Part shown: piece by piece, positions 62,636 through 64,000 of the stretch
Layout: each line of letters starts with the position of its first letter
Position numbering within the stretch: position 1 is the first letter of the stretch
From: an uncultured Bacilli bacterium
Lineage (GTDB): Bacteria; Bacillota_I; Bacilli_A; RF39; UBA660
Reading direction: 5' to 3'
Length of the DNA stretch: 64,000 nt
Assembly (NCBI GenBank): GCA_934120715.1
Contig: CAKOUW010000002.1
Span: 78,564-142,563, forward strand
Notes under the pieces: model-generated
The model's database searches: none
Told to the model about the DNA's origin: nothing
Seen by the model: only the letters and a program-made list of their open reading frames with translations
Translations under genes and position numbers: made by a program

Positions 62636-64000
62636 AAAATTACTAATATTCCTCTAATTAAATCAATTATATTAATTTCATTTGTACCTGTATTTGGTAC
62701 TTTTATTTTATAATCAGTTAATTTGAAGACTTGCTCTTTATTAGAATCTATTATTATTTTGAATGGTTCAATAATTTCATAACCAGTAATAGTTGTTGTT
62801 TGCTTTATCGTATATTCCCCATATGGAAGTTCAATTTCTATTTCACCGTTTTCATCTGTTATAATTGTTTTAATTAATTTACCATCTTTATTGTATATTT
62901 CGAATGAGGCATTTGGTTCATTATATGATCCAGTTTCATTTTGATATACTTTATTTATGATTACTTTGGCTTTTATTACTTTATTGGTTAGATTTAATTC
63001 TATTGATGGATTTTCTTTACTTAATTCAAATTCATAAATGTTGTTGTCTAGTTCATAACCAGTACCTGCTTTTTTTTCTTTTATATAATATTTTTGATAT
63101 GTTAAATTTGATATTTCAGCGGTAGAGTTTTCATCTATTTTTATTTCTTGTACTAGTTCTTTATTAGCATTAAAAATTTCATATATAGCTCCTTGGAGAT
63201 TTGCATCTCCGCTACTTTCAGTAGTGTTGTTATCATAATCTAATTTTTTAATTATGATGTTTGTTTCATCTATATTTACATTTACATTTACTGTTAATGG
63301 ATTTAAGTCACCTGTTTCCATTAGGTTTTGACTATTTGGAGAGTTATAAAAAATTATTGGTTTATTGTAGTATGTGTCTTTTCTTTCTAATATAAAATTA
63401 TATGTTCCTTTTTTGGAACTATCTATTATTAATTTATTATTATCTATTTTAGCAATATTGTTATTGATTGAATAATTGTTTAGAATGTTGTTATAATCTG
63501 TTATAGTTGTAGTTTCACCGACAACATAATTAAATGTTTTATCACTAAAACTTGGTATTATTTCATAATTATTTATTAAATTATTTATTTCGTTTATTTC
63601 ATCTTGATATATATTTATTCTATTTCCATTAAGTCTATCTGTAAAATAGAAATCTCCATCTGGCATAACTGTTTTCCAGATCATTAATTGCGTTATAGCA
63701 TACCATTTTATATCATAGTGATTTTTGTAATTATAGCCAAAGTGTGCAATTAATGATACCTTTTTTAGTTGCTCTTCTGACAGGTTTTCTGGCCTTGTAG
63801 ATGATGTATATGCTTCACTTTCTTTTATAGGTGTAAATGGTTCTAGGCAGTAGGCAAAATTGTTTGTGCCTTGTTGTCTTTGAACTCTGAATTGTTGATA
63901 ATATGTTATTCTATTTGGAGCAACTCTATTTACCCATATTCCCTGTATGAATTCTCCTTCATAAAATTTTTCATCACTTGCTTTGACGTTGATGTGTGTT
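62614..64000 (-). CDS. sortase-anchored surface adhesin, 5'-truncated by window end; thioester-domain-like N-terminal region plus Cna-B/SpaA-like repeats and a VPNTG sorting signal
   Basis: The minus-strand frame stays open upstream of the ORF-track Met to position 64000. It reads ...FAYCLEPF...AITQLMIW (a TED-like Cys motif and TQxxIW Gln motif), then GEYTIKQTTTITGYE Cna-B-like repeats. The C-terminus is KVPNTG followed by a hydrophobic segment and basic residues. Confidence 0.6.
   Translation of the reverse strand, partial: THINVKASDEKFYEGEFIQGIWVNRVAPNRITYYQQFRVQRQQGTNNFAYCLEPFTPIKESEAYTSSTRPENLSEEQLKKVSLIAHFGYNYKNHYDIKWYAITQLMIWKTVMPDGDFYFTDRLNGNRINIYQDEINEINNLINNYEIIPSFSDKTFNYVVGETTTITDYNNILNNYSINNNIAKIDNNKLIIDSSKKGTYNFILERKDTYYNKPIIFYNSPNSQNLMETGDLNPLTVNVNVNIDETNIIIKKLDYDNNTTESSGDANLQGAIYEIFNANKELVQEIKIDENSTAEISNLTYQKYYIKEKKAGTGYELDNNIYEFELSKENPSIELNLTNKVIKAKVIINKVYQNETGSYNEPNASFEIYNKDGKLIKTIITDENGEIEIELPYGEYTIKQTTTITGYEIIEPFKIIIDSNKEQVFKLTDYKIKVPNTGTNEINIIDLIRGILVILWTRSLQ

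Overview
This window is a ~28% GC, low-GC Firmicutes-type chromosomal segment. From the gene order, the T-box leader and the CotF-like genes I take the host to be a spore-forming Bacillota member, possibly Erysipelotrichia-like (inference). Roughly the first 44 kb is conserved core on the + strand: tilS(3' end)-ftsH-mscL-dus-RDD-lysS, a YfcC-like transporter fusion, then clpC-cysS-mrnC-rlmB-sigH-(hypothetical)-secE-nusG-rplK-rplA-rplJ-rplL-ybxB-rpoB-rpoC-rpsL-rpsG-fusA-tuf. That is followed by femX(-), murD, DUF1653, eno, a T-box leader plus proS, secG-rnr-capA-smpB, an inverted pflB-pflA operon, and tmRNA (ssrA). Immediately 3' of ssrA the content turns accessory. It holds a nucleoside-deoxyribosyltransferase-like gene with no canonical start codon, an HD-hydrolase gene interrupted at an A9 homopolymer, and a metallophosphoesterase gene; the first two sit behind a repeated palindromic ~45-bp element. 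After these come two tandem paralogous membrane histidine-kinase/receiver hybrids whose H-box histidine is replaced by Asn in both copies, then a Fe/Mn-SOD. The remainder holds glyA, ASCH, a membrane thioredoxin, two CotF-like genes, an NlpC/P60 hydrolase, DUF378, cdaA-cdaR, a lipoprotein and tRNA-Asn(GUU). At the end is a second accessory patch: an ankyrin-repeat protein fused to a lone ClpC-type D1 AAA+ module, and a convergent sortase plus a 5'-truncated thioester-domain-like adhesin with Cna-B-like repeats and a VPNTG sorting signal. No CRISPR array, rRNA or recognisable transposase/integrase gene was seen. The many antisense ORFs in the six-frame track inside rpoB, rpoC, tuf, pflB and similar genes are treated as AT-rich artefacts.
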